Positions 14,871-29,670 of a stretch of 64,000 nt of DNA are shown in pieces. The stretch comes from the human T2T-CHM13v2.0 reference genome, Homo sapiens. The DNA is taken from assembly GCF_009914755.1 (NCBI RefSeq), contig NC_060927.1, one strand, 5' to 3'. The translations under genes were made by a program, and so were the position numbers. Positions within the stretch are counted from its first letter, which is position 1. Each line of letters begins with the position of its first letter. The notes under the pieces were generated by a model. The model made no database searches. It had not been told where the DNA came from and saw nothing but the letters and a program-made list of their open reading frames with translations.

Positions 14871-15211
14871 CAGTCATCTCTTGGTACCCATGGGGGATTG
14901 GTTCCAAGACTCCTCGAGGAGACCAAAATCTACAGATGTTTAACTCCCTTATATAAAATTGTGTAATATTTACATATAACCTACACACATCCTCCCATAT
15001 CCTTTAAATCATCTCTAGATTACTTATACATAATACAATGTAAATTCTATGTAAATAGTTGTTATACTGTGTTGCTTAGGGAATAATGACAAGAAAAAAG
15101 TCTGTACATAATTCAGTACAGCCACAATCATCAATTTTTTTAAAAAATATTTTGCATCCACGGTTGATGGAAACCGCAGATGTGGAACCCACAGATACAG
15201 AAGGCTGACTA
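14871..15211. mobile_element. MER2 (TcMar-Tigger MITE), near full length
   Basis: TA|cagtcatctcttggtacccatgggggattggttcca ... ggaacccacagatacagaaggctgact; terminal inverted repeats with TA flanks. Confidence 0.88.
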
Positions 15212-16338
15212 TATACTGCCTTAATATAAGAGTATCTTAACTAGAGAGACTTAGACTAATATAACAATCTGGATTAAAAGTAATGTTGAAGTTGGGTTAG
15301 GGTTTGCTATAGGGTTAATTAGGTGGGTTTTGTATCGTTGTTTAGAGGAATATCTTTATTCCTAGCTATGCACATGTATGCACTTACTTTCCTTCCCATT
15401 CCTTTGGCTTTTTAAACATTATGTATTAAACGTAAGGAGATGTTGTTTGATATCTGAGGTCGTGGCTGGTAACATCTTTTCCTGTGGTTTGGAGTGCACA
15501 GATGCAATGTCCCATACAGCAAATGACTGTTACCCTTCCCTCCCACTGGCCCTCATCCCACTCTGACCAGCAGTATACCACTTAGCATGTTATTAGTGAC
15601 TCTTGAGGATTCCGGGGTTGGCTTGGGATGCCTTAACTGGATCTTACGGGCCTCAGAGAATCTGCAAACCTTCTCAGATGATCTACAAATTTTGTATTTG
15701 TTTCTTTTCCCCAACTCCAAAGTGTGTTCATAAGGCTTTTATCAAACTTAGGTGACTCCAGCAAAGGTTTAGAGTAGCTTTGCCCTCTGAACTTAACTAC
15801 CTATTCCACCAGTACATATGGTATGCATAAAAGGACCTGAGGACCTATATCATATAGAGGAAAAGAATACTGGTTTAAAACAAAGGTTGGAATGTATATG
15901 ACCTCAAGGGCTACCTGGAATTGTTAAGCTGGGGAGCCTCCTAGGGTCAACTAATAGGGAGTCGATGGCTGGTGCTGAACATGTCCTGCATACAGGCTTT
16001 TGAAAAAAAATTCTGGTTAAGCTGTTGCAGTGGTAGCTTCTGCTGTAACAAGGAGAAAAATGTGGCATCCCTGGCTGGGTTCTTGTGAAGTAATATGCTG
16101 TATCTAAGGCAACTTTCCTCATATACAGTGGGTGCTCAGCATGTGCAAATTCTTATTGTACACTGCCCTTCCCACCATATGCCTGTGTCTGTATGCAGTA
16201 CAGTTGCTTGTTTGGCTTTTCTTCAACATTCAATGGAAAGGCTTTCTCTTGTTGGGTCTACCCATCAAGTAACATGTATTGTATCTCGCCAGGGGCCCCG
16301 TTACAGTGGTGCTCCTGGAGCTGTGCAAATTGGTGGAC

Positions 16339-16470
16339 CTTCTCTCTCTTTCTCTCTCCTCCCCCTCCCTCCTTGTTTCCCTTCCTCCCTTCCTTCCTCT
16401 CTCTCTCCCTACATCCTTCTTCCCTTTCTCTCCCTTTCTTTCTTCTAATGGTCCTTTTTTCTTTTCCCTG
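16339..16470. repeat. CT-rich polypyrimidine low-complexity tract
   Basis: ~130 bp almost entirely C/T on the + strand. Confidence 0.9.
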
Positions 16471-16852
16471 TTGATTGTGTTCTGCAAGCATCGGACTTAA
16501 ACCACTTGCATTTGTCAATACATCTGTGGCCACCACTGCTCCCAGCACCCATCTCATCTGTTTTCATTTCTGTCTTATCTATCGCTGCTCACTCCTGTCA
16601 CTATTCTCACGTTTCTAAGGTTTTGCTAGAAAAGGACTGGCCAGCACGGAGAAGAATTTCTATCTGAGGTGTGAAAGAGCTAATCACCTCTCCTTAGGTG
16701 CATGTTTTTCACAAGGGAACTAATTCCAGCTATATCCAGGTGCTGTCCCCTCAGCAGCATAAGTTGTATATGTGTTTGTGGTGGTGGGGTGGGAGTGGGG
16801 GGGTTGCTGTTTTGTTTTCTGTTTATTGTGTTTTTTCCAACTAACTATAGGT

Positions 16853-17030
16853 CTGGGTTCTCAACCTTGGTTCCACATTAGAATCATCTGGGCAGCTTCT
16901 AAAAATCCTGATGCCTCAGTTACCTTCCAGAAAAATTAAATCAGACTATCTGGGAGTGGGACCCCTTCAGTATTTTTTAAATTTCCTCAGGTGATGGATT
17001 TCAACATGCTCTCCAAGTTGATAACCACCA
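16853..17030. mobile_element. MER5-type DNA transposon
   Basis: ggttctcaaccttggttccacattagaatcatctgggcagctt...gttgataaccac. Confidence 0.75.
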
Positions 17031-18129
17031 ATCTAAGCTAAAATCCTAAGATGTTGGAAGACTGAATTTCAAGTAATGGAAATTTGATTTTATATTTACA
17101 AACAACAAACCTTCCTAATCAGCAAATAGATGCTTGTCCAAAACATACTCTATACAAAAAATACGTATGTATGAAATAAACAAAACGTGGTTTCACTTTT
17201 TTTTTGCTTTAAACAATGTTAAAGAAACCTAAAGTGTTATTAGTTGTTTCAAAAATTGATCCAAGTATAACCATGTTAGAAAAAAATACATATTAATTGT
17301 TGTGTTTCTCCCAAATTTCACACAGTTCAGAGAGTATTTCTGCCTATATTTTTAGCTAAGCATAGAGCTCTTGGTCTGGGAGACACTGAGAATTTCAAAA
17401 TAGCTTGTTACCTAAAAATAAACTTCCTGAAATGAACTTGAGGCCCGAGAGGGATGAATGGCTTTATTTTTTTCTTCTATATTTACTGTTACCACAAGAA
17501 AGCAAATCTTAAATTTATATACGTTTATATTTTTAGAGACCCAGGAAACAGGTGCTATGCCCAAGCTACAAAGACAGTTGCAGGGCAAAGTATCTATGAC
17601 AGAATCCTAAAATTCACAGGACAGAGAGTGACTGTGGAAAGGCATTGAAAGTGTTCCTCTCTAGGCAAGAGCAGAGGGAACATGAGGCTTTTCTTAGGCC
17701 TCTCTAAGGGTTATGCCTTGGAAAAGTACCTCACAACTTTCTGTGGCCCAGCAACTGTTCCAGCACCCCATGCGGTCTAAGTGCTTAATGTTTCTTAGTC
17801 TAGCATGTAAGTATTAATTCATGTTTGCTCGTTGAGTGCCTAGTAGCCTTGTCATACTTCACTGACTGTCCAAACTCATGTCTTAAACATCATCACCATC
17901 TCATTGAGGAAGAAAATGGGGAATGGGGTGTTACACCTTTATTTGAACTGCCCCTAGTTTGCAGCCTGTATTTTGCAAAGAATAGTCTGTCTTCCATATT
18001 TTATTGAATAAATGTGAATGAATATCACATTTATAATCACATTCCTCTCTAATCTGAGTGAAGAAGTTCTGTATCCTATCCTACATGGCATCAAGGGCCA
18101 AACATGGACTCCTTGTAGTCATCCTGTGT

Positions 18130-18500
18130 TCACTCATTTATCCAATAAACATTTTTGTATGCCTGCTATGTGAAAGGTTCTCTTCCTGGCACTGGAGATA
18201 TAGTAGGTAAGTGAGGTGGAGAAAGTTTCATGGAGCTTACATTTTTGTGGATAGATTATTAGCAAGTATGCGATGCAGATAGTTTGTGCAGACAATAAAT
18301 AAAACAGAGTTGCTATAGGATGAAGAGGTGGCATTTGATCAGAGATCAGAAAAGTGACAGGAAGCTAAACAAAGGTAATAGCAAGTGAAAGGCCTGAGGA
18401 GGGAATGAACTTGGCTTCTTCCCAGAAAGGGGCAGGAGATTGGTGATGGTGGTGATAAGGGAGAGGTACAGAAGGCAGATCCTGAGGTGGATTCAGCTTT
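18130..18500. mobile_element. L2 LINE fragment
   Basis: cattta...aaacatttttgtatgcctgctatgtg...ggcactggagatatag...tcatggagcttacatt typical of the L2 3' end. Confidence 0.65.
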
Positions 18501-19146
18501 TATTTGCTGCGATCATAACTCCAATGCCTCACCAATGCTTGGGATTGTGTCTAGGAGGCACTCAGTAAGTGTTAGTTAATCAATTGATTTGCCTCAAACA
18601 CAGAGAGAGGTCAGTAGAACTAGTCCCTTGAAAAGAAGACCCTTATAGCTCTTTCAGGAGTAGGTCAGGAAAATGGCGGCAAAATCTTGTGCCTCCAGCA
18701 ACGGTTCCTCCTTTGGTGTGGCACTTCATGACTCTGTGAGGTTATAGCCTCCCTGCCCAGCTGAGCGGTGATGCTCGCCTGGCTCCCACATCCTCTGTGC
18801 TGCCCTCTATTTTGGGTCACCCTGACTTGGTCTGTTTCCTGTCTTATTCACCAGCTAAACTATAATTTCCTTAAGGGTACTTTTATTTGTGGGCCCAGCA
18901 CTCCGTACTATGCAGTGGGCCCATCTAGGTTTCTTTATTGAATGATAAGATTTTTGTAGAAAGTGGACCTTATGACAACCATTGACAAAAGCAAATGGCT
19001 ACTCAACCACCCCAACCCCTCACCACCCCTCACCACGGTACAATGGATTTTATTACAAATTGCATACACCAGATAATTCTAATCTGATGTGAAGGAATTA
19101 TTTTGCCTTTCTTCAGATTCATTCTCATGACATCAAGTTCATTTGA

Positions 19147-19398
<252 letters not shown>

Positions 19399-19973
19399 TA
19401 AGCGAGCCTTTTAAGAAGTTATTCTTTCTTTTCCCCTTTTTACATAATGTATTCTCATAGTACACACAGTCAGTGTATCTCTGTCTCCTAAATGTAAACA
19501 CCTGTTCCATTTCCCTTTCCTTTAGACCATCTCTCTTTCGATTATTAAATGTAGTTTCTAGGGGTGTTCTCTGCATGTATGTGTACGTTTATGTGGGTAT
19601 ATAAACGTATCATGATCATAAAATGATCATGATAAACGTAAAGATCATAAAATGATCTTTAATATAATAAATCTGGAAACTCTTTCTTGTATCAAGAAGA
19701 GGGATTTGCCGCTTAGTAGTCATTTAACCAACACCTCCTCAGCACCCCATAGTGAGACCAGGAGCTTTGTTGTCTTGAGGCAATCTCAGGTCTGGAAGAA
19801 GAGGTGATGAAAGGTTGGCTGTTGGAAGAGAAAACTACCAGCCAAAAATGGGGAATCTACTTGGAGAACCACAAAAACAACCTGTTATTTTAGTCAGAAA
19901 TTCTGGTTATATTATTCATAGAACCATTGGGATAGATATGACTTCTTTCTCTCAGCTCAGAACTACATATTTC

Positions 19974-20274
19974 TTTTTTTTTTTTTTTTTTTGAGATGGA
20001 GTCTTGCTCTGTCATTCAGGCTAGAGCGCCATGGCACAATCTTGGCTCACCGCAACCTCCACCTCCCAGGTTCAAGCGATTCTCTTGTCTCAGCCTTTCG
20101 AGTAGCTGGGATTACAGGTGCCCACTACCACACCTGGCTAAGTTTTGTATTTTTAGTAGAGACGGGGTTTCACCATGTTGGCCAGGCTGGTCTCGAACTC
20201 CCGACCTCAGGTGATCCACTCGCCTCTGCCTCCCAAAGTGCTGGAATTACAGGCATGAGCCACCATGCCTGACC
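19974..20274 (-). mobile_element. Alu (AluSx-like), antisense, intron 2
   Basis: Full dimer; TSD cagaacta(c/t)atattt. Confidence 0.97.
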
Positions 20275-22141
20275 AGAACTATATATTTTTATCGGATCAC
20301 ATTTTCTCCTCTCTCTCTCTCTCTCTCTCTCTCATTCCCTCCAACTCATACATACATCTCAAATAATAATTATACATACACAGTGGATACTCATGAATCA
20401 TTTGATTAATTCATGGTTATAGATTGTGAGCATGAACAAGAAATAACCTTGATCTTTAGAAGAGTTGTAATTTTACAAAAGTACATAAATTCATTAATGA
20501 GATATGACATTTTGCAGACTTATTCTGATGTTTTTAATTTATTGGCCATTTTAAAAAAAGTAACTTATGTGTCTCCTGGCTAGTTGACAAACAAGAATAT
20601 AAACCCAAATATCTCTCCCCCTTTTTTGGGAATGAGTCATTTGAGACCCCTAGACCATGTAAAGCTAGCCTTGATGATAGATCTGGAAACCTTGCAAACT
20701 TCTGTACATACCAGGGGATGAACTGGTTTCTTAAGAACTGAAGGAATGTTAACAGCAAAGACTTGTCATGACATACTTGCCAATATGATATGATACCTGT
20801 CCATGTCCACTTCTAGGTAACGCTTTCAAAGAAAGGATTTGGACAAAGAATGTGTTCAGAGGAGAGGGACCAGTGTGGTTAGAGGCCTAGAAATCATGCT
20901 GTCTGAGGAATGGCCTGGGCAATTAGACATGGTTAGTACAGTGAAGAGAGATCGTGGGTTCTGCTGACGAAATTGAAAGGCTCTCAGGTAGAAAATATAA
21001 TAAACATATTCTGCATAACTCTGAAGGGTAGAGGGAGGATCCATAACATTTGCAAGGCAGGCAGACTTGTGCTCAGCATAAGTTTAGACATTTTCACAAT
21101 CATGGTTTCCCAACAGCAGAACAGGCTTCCTTTTCTGTAAGCACCAAGTGAAGTTCAGGAGAGGCTGGATGACCATATGTCAAATAGAATGCAGGAAAGA
21201 TTGAGACACCAGACTAGATGGCCTCAAAGCTTCCTTCCGTGGTTTCTTAAATATCTACGGTGGTGTGAGCACTTGCTTTTGCAACCCAAAAAGGCTCTTT
21301 TAATTAAGATTTTTGTTTTCCTGACCAGTAATACAAGCCCAAATCATTAAATGTGAATCAAGTCTCTCTAGAATAGAGGCTTTGCTAGCCTCAAAAAAAT
21401 GTGAGCATGTCGAAGAGAGGAGGCCTCCCTGTCTTTTCTGTGTCCCAGCTATAAAGGGTAAATACAATGAACATTATTTTGACCTGTGCTGGCCAAAGAA
21501 AATTCTCCCGTGAAGCCAGGGGTGTTGATAATGAGAAGGGGAAGTATAGGGTACGCTATAGTGCCCTCCTTGATCCTCCTTCATGACCAAGGCACTCATT
21601 CCCTGGGAGTGTTGGCTGTTGAAGGATCACTGCTGAGCCTTCCCTCCAGTGATGGGAGCTGCCTCATTCACGTTGGACACTTTTCATGGGTAGCCATCAT
21701 CCCATGGCTAGTTGATGCAGAGAAACAAATTCCTGGTTATTTTGCCATAATGTGGGACATCTTTGAAGGACATCCCATTTTCAGAGTTTCCAAGGCATTC
21801 ACTGAGGCCTTTGCTGCAACCTGCATTATAGTTTAGCTTTTTCCTTCTGTGCAATACTGTTGCCTTTAGTCGCTTACAGATGCATCTCCAAAAACCTCCT
21901 GCACAGAACTCTCACAGCCTCAAGGTCTGTTTCCAGGAAACCTAAACTAAGACAGGAGGCTATTGTAAAAATAGCCAGTGTGGAAACTGAAAGGCTCTAC
22001 TATGATTGTAGATTTCAGTGTTGTTGTTTTTTTAATCAGTTTTAGTGTTTTTTCATTCATTCATTCATTCATTCATTCATTTAACTAATGTCAGTTGTGT
22101 GCCCATTCCATATAAAATGCTTAAGCTGCCTCCAAGGATAG

Positions 22142-22467
<326 letters not shown>

Positions 22468-22908
22468 TCCAAAATTAATTTTATCATGTTGGTTCTTCTT
22501 TCAGTGGAAATTGACAACCTCTTCAGTGGCTCAGAGCAAATGTTGCAGGACAAAAAAAGAAGTCCGTATTTACTTCTTTGTATTTACCTTTCCTATGCTC
22601 AGCTATATCCAAAAAGAGTTTGAAAAGTTAGCTGTGCCTGGCTGTTACAGGAGTGAGTGGAGAAAGCAGTTAAGGGCTTTACCAGGTCTCAAGTATTACA
22701 GTTGTTTTCTCTCTGTGATGTTAGTTCTCTCAGTAGCTAAGAGGTAGAAAACCAGAGGCTCTGGAAGAGCTGCCCAATAATTATAGAGCAGCTTTCTTTC
22801 ATGGCTCACAGTTCCTTCTTAGGCCTCTATAAGCGTCACAAGGAAAAGAGACCATGCCTTTCTGTGGGCACAGCATACCTTCGTTTTATTACCCAAACCA
22901 AAAACAAC

Positions 22909-22910
<2 letters not shown>

Positions 22911-22957
<47 letters not shown>
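22911..22957. repeat. (CA)n microsatellite (~23 units)
   Basis: Pure AC run. Confidence 0.98.
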
Positions 22958-22960
<3 letters not shown>

Positions 22961-24588
22961 CTGTGGGGGCAGGGAGGAAGGTGTTCTTGTTCCATGACTA
23001 CAGCTGATTTGAAGACTGCCAAGTAGCTCTGGGGTTAAAGATGGGTAGATTTCCAAATTATACATCATTTGTTGTATGATCATGCCAACTTTCATTTAGT
23101 TTCATTTGGTGTCCTGATAGCCACCCTCAACCAATTATTCTGCTTGTCACTCTTCCTGTCACAGCAGGGACCAACTTAGCAAAGCCTTGCTCCTCTTGTG
23201 TCTTTCGGAATTCTAGTTTAAGAACCCTTGAGCCCCTTCACAAGCAGACACATGTACCTCCACTGGAGTCAACTCTGGGCTGCATGGATGTTGACACTGG
23301 CACCATTCCTGCCTGGATTGTCCTAACCCATACCCTTGCCCTTATCCCTTTGTCAACATATTGTCCTTTAATGTCCTTGACTTAAGCACTAAAAAAGTGG
23401 TATTGGTCAAAGTTGCTCTTTCTCTCATGGGGATGGCCCCGCATCTTTTATAGGTGCAAGCTGTGTCTTAGCTGCTTCTTGCTTCTAGCCTGCCTTCCGT
23501 TTTCCTTGCTGTGAGCAGTGAGCCTTTGTGCATGGGGCAGGGAGGATTAGGGGAAAATTGGTGAGTGAGTACATGCATGCATTGGCTCATGTGTGCACTC
23601 AGAATCTTCATAGAAGATTACTCTAGCAAAACTGACTGGACCAGATTAGCCCTTCCTTCCGCTCCCTCTCTAGACAGAGAGAATGCGATTCAAGACAACA
23701 GGTATTTTGCATCTAAAAAGGACAGAGGTGAAAGGGTGGATGTCAGACTAGCCTTGTTGGACAGTCATCCAAGATAGTATGTTCATGAGGGAGCAGAGGG
23801 AGGTAGATAGAGAGGTGATACCCTTTTCCAAGAGAGCCAAAATGTTCTTTTGTTCAATTATAATAGTGGGCATTAATCATGTTGTTTAAAAATCTAATGT
23901 ACACTGACGGCCAATTGAGCATTTCCTAGGGCCCAAGGAAAATGCTATGTGAGAAATTCTCTGAGCCCTGGGCTAAATTAGTCTTCAAATATGTGCTATG
24001 AAGTGATACTGTCAAAGTAGTTAGTTTATGACAGCATAAAATATTTCATTGAACTGTAAATGAAGAACACCCTGACATCCCTTTCCATTTCTTTTATTTA
24101 TTTGTTTTTTTTGTTTGTTTGTTTTTTCTGAATTGCTCCTTTCTGTAATTTGGGAAAGACTGCAGTTCTTTATCTGCGATGTTTCTTCCCGTTTTTCTCA
24201 GCAGAACCAGCTGTTGACAAGGAGTATACCCTTTACACGCAATGCTCTGGGGCCCAGCAAACAAAAAAAAGAGGAACTGTGACTATTTCCCCAGGCATGC
24301 TCTTTGAAAACAGTATAGCTAGACAGGACAGATTTTGCCACTTAAACTAGGGGTGTGATGTGAGGTTTGCATTACATTCAGGATGGAAGATTTAAAATTA
24401 TCCTGAGTACCTAGGAATGTTCTTTTTTTCCATGTCTTCCCCTTTAATGATTTAATTAAGACTTAAATATGTAAAGTTCTCCACCAGGACTGCCCCGTGG
24501 AACGCTGTCTGCTCCAGGTGATGTTTATAATCACAAATGGGTTCCAAGAATAAACAAAGGAAAAACAGAAAAGAGTAGAAAAGCATAG

Positions 24589-25029
<441 letters not shown>

Positions 25030-25198
25030 TAGAGCACATTCCTCCTGTGGTGGATTGCATACAGTGGATTAGGAGCTCATTCAGCTGGTGGAAAGAGGGG
25101 CTTGGGGAGTAGCAGGGTTTGTTCTGGTTCTCATCAAATATGGTTGACTGGGGCAAACATTATTATTTGTCTTTGACAAATAGTTTCTTTCACCTAGA

Positions 25199-25380
25199 GC
25201 AGTGTTTCTCAAAGTGCGGCCTCTTGAGCAGCCAGCATCAGTATCACCTGGGAACCTGTTATAAATGCAGATTCTCAGGCCCCACTAAATGAGAAACATA
25301 GAGGGTGAACCCCAGCTATCTGTATTTTAACAAGCCCTCCCAGTAATTCTGTGCAGCTAAAATTTGGTAACTATTGTTCT
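25199..25380. mobile_element. MER5A
   Basis: cagtgtttctcaaagtgcgg...agcatcagtatcacctgggaac...aaatgcagattctcaggcccc...ttttaacaagccctcc. Confidence 0.85.
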
Positions 25381-26611
25381 AAAGATTTGGATGGGGTTGT
25401 TTAATCTTGGAGGAGGACTTTCTTTATAACTGATGTTGTTTCTTGTACATAGTCCCAGGATTTGTCTTTAGGGTACTTGTCATCGATCCCATTTGAGAGA
25501 AACATTGCAATACAGAGAGGAAATAATAAGCCAAAGTTTACCCCTAGAGCCAGGAGAAGAGTAGATTAGATACTAGCCTCCATCTTTGAAGTTCAGCGTT
25601 TACTCAGCTTGAAAGGAAGGCATACACTATTCCCTCAATTTTTAATAAGAAGAGAATTCAGTGGTTTTTAATTACAAAAGTAGTATATGCTCGTCATCAA
25701 AAATTTCAAACAATCCAACAGTGTGTGAAAATTAAAAATGAAAGTACATTTTCGTCCTCCCCTCACTCCCAATGCAACAGATCATCTGTATTGACAATGT
25801 ATTAGATGCACACACGTCTCTATCATTCATTCATATTATCTCCCACTCCATCCTCTCTCCCAATCTCTCCCTGTCTTCCTTTCTCTTTCCCTCCTTTCAT
25901 CCATCTGTCCATCCTTCCATCCACTCATCCATCTTTCAGTACAACTATCTGATCATACTATAAATATTATTTTGCAACACTTTTTTATACCCAACCACTT
26001 TTACAATTCCTTCTAAACAAGATAGAACACATAGATATACTGTACATCTTTTAATTTAGTCTCGAATTTCATATTATCTCCCACGATGGATCTTATCATG
26101 TCCCTGTTGATGGATTGTCTTCAGTTTTTCCACTTAATGCTACATTGAATATCTTTGTAAAAATATCTCATGCATTTGTGCTAATATTTCTGCAAGGCAG
26201 ATTGCCAGAAGTGAAATTTCTAGATTAGAAATATGTGTATTTTAAATTTGAATAAGCACTACTAAACTATTCTCCTCCTGAAAAGGATGTAAGCATATGG
26301 ATTTCCGTGTACCTTCTCCAACACTGGGAATGGATAAGTCTTTTAATTTTACCAGCGTGGTAGTGTAAATGTTAGTTTAGTCAACAATAGGTCTGATTTA
26401 ATTAAAAAATCTTTTTGAAATACAAATGCTGGCTCTACACCCTATCTCTGCGGCCATGTGCATTCCACCTGCGAGAAGCTATGTGTCCTCGTGTTTCGTG
26501 TTTGGTGCTCAGTAGCACTGCAGATCCAGCTTGTTCTCTTCCTGTGTCCTTCACCTACTGCCATTCTCCCTATCTTCCTGTCCAACATCCCCCAGGCCAA
26601 CTTCTCAGTGA

Positions 26612-27028
<417 letters not shown>

Positions 27029-27676
27029 TCATGTTCTTTATGTGATTTGAGTTAGGAGGGAAATCTAAATAGTTTAATCACATGAAACATGGTAACACCT
27101 GATATTCTGACTTACCAGGTCAGCTTTCTTCAAGTAGATCACCTTTTAAAAGAAGGCCTAGGCTAAGCCAAAGGAATTAATCTCTGACAGTAGAATACCC
27201 AGGCATGTTTACTAGCATTGAAGAAACTTTTCTCTCCTTCTGTATACCAGCTTGTCTACAGTAGACAAGTTTATTTCCTCCAAAAGGACAAAAGTTGATA
27301 AATGGCCTGCAAGTTGGATCTATATTTTATCATTGAATATCTTTGTCAAAATATATCATGCATTTTATATTTTACTATGAGCCTTTCAGATACTAATGAC
27401 TTCCATTTTCAGAGTCTTTCAACTCAAGTGATCATCATGGGCATCCCTCATATTTTTCCTCTTATTTATTCTCAGACTTTCTTATGAAGTGAGATAATAA
27501 GCATAAAGACAATTTCTCACTGTACAGTACAGGAAGCCTTTCACAGCTGACGACTCAAATGTCTGGGTGATTTCAGAGTCTTCTAAAATGCTCCAGAAGG
27601 TAGGGGGTGTTTGCTTTTTAAGCATCTCTTTTCTGTGTGGTGGGATATTTCTTCCACCTAAAACAGCAGACATTAG

Positions 27677-28049
<373 letters not shown>

Positions 28050-29439
28050 TGAAAACTCTTAATGTTGATTTGTCTACTCCAAGTCCAACAAGGTGGTGAA
28101 CACAAAAGCTATGAAGTGCATTGTGGCTGTATTATTAGTAGTACAGTACTCTTGTTGGCAAGTTCCTGATCTGCAGCTACACAATGGATGATAATTATGT
28201 ACATCTACCTTTTTTAATATGTAAGAAAAAAAAGTTGAGCCACAAGATTTTAAGTATGGATCTTTATTTCTAGTGCTACTATTAATGATAGTTAATATTC
28301 AGAGAAAACATACTGTCGCTGTGCAGGGAGCTCAGCCCTTTCCAAGCATGACCTCATTTAATCTTATAGCCACCCCATGCGAGTAGGCACTGTTAGGATC
28401 CCTGTTTATGCATGAGAAAACCAGGCTTAGAGAAATTTAACACTTTGTCTACAATCAAACAACTAGTGGGTATCAAAGCTAGGATTTATAATGGGATATG
28501 TAAGGCACTAAAACCTGTGAAGGTTTTCCTTTTTTCCTTTTTTAATTCTTTCCTTTTTTCCTCTTTTTATTTCCTTCTTTCTCTTTATATCTCTGTATGT
28601 TTCCAAAGAGATAATATATGCATATGATAAAAAATTCAAATGCTAGACAAATTCAAACATCTAGACAAAATGGTGCAGAGATTTAACATTTGTTCCTTTT
28701 GTTGTTGTTGTAAATGAGGCTTGGTTGTCTGTAGAGGCAGAGGAACACGGTAACATCTTGACATCAGACACTGGTGTCATAGATGCCCTTTCCTCAGAGG
28801 ACTGAGATCATGGTTTTTAGAATGAAAGAGTTAAAGAAACCTTGCTGTTTTTTTCTTTGAACCGGGTACCTACCCTTAACCCTGGAATCCCTCAGTGGGG
28901 CCTAGTGCCAGTTCCCCTGCCTCCCTACAGTGACCAAGGGCAGGCAGGGGTCAAGAAACAACTAGAATGGGGCTGGGGTCTGCACTGCACAACTGTTCTC
29001 TCACATTCATGCTTCCCTCCCAGTCTCTGAAGATTCCCTCCTGCCAGAACATTTTGTGTAGAATTCTAAGGAAATCAGAGTCTATCCCTGTACTAACCAA
29101 CATATAAAATTCCAATTAGAAGAGAAGTTGTTTGGATTGGTCATGATGGATGGCCTGGTGACAGCTGTCAGTCAGACGAGACCTGATGGGCACCAGGACT
29201 GAAGGCAGCAGCACAGGAGGTAGGAGAGGAAGGAATCCTGAGCAAATAGCCATGCTGTTTACTTGCCAATGACATCCCCACTTTGCAAAGACATGATATG
29301 GTTATTGATCTCTCACTGAACCTGTAAGAATCAAACACAACAACTCAGTTTTATTCATTTCATAAATGGTTTCCAAGTGCAGTCAGACATTTAATTTGTG
29401 GAACACTGAGCGAAGAGGTGATTTCTGCTGGTTTAGGTA

Positions 29440-29670
29440 AGAGAGAAACGGTCTAGTGTAATACTCAAGAATGAGCTAGATCTCCTGGATTTAAGGCTTA
29501 TTCTACAGCTTATTAGCTCTGCTATGTTGGGCCAGTGACTTGACATCTCCATGCTTCAGTCTCTTCATCTGTAAAATGGAAATACAAAGCGGGTGGGAGG
29601 TGTTGTGAGGATTGAGTAGATTAATGCATGTAAAGTGCTTGCAACGTTGCCTGACATGTCACTGTCTGTT
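29440..29670. mobile_element. MIR SINE
   Basis: Core cttcagtctcttcatctgtaaaatgg...gttgtgaggattgag...aatgcatgtaaagtgctt. Confidence 0.8.

Noticed and set aside
19991-20272. Alu-derived ORFs (also 5448, 11357, 26672, 27731-28052, 43469-43855, 52923, 54500)
   Set aside because: Typical Alu translation products, not genes
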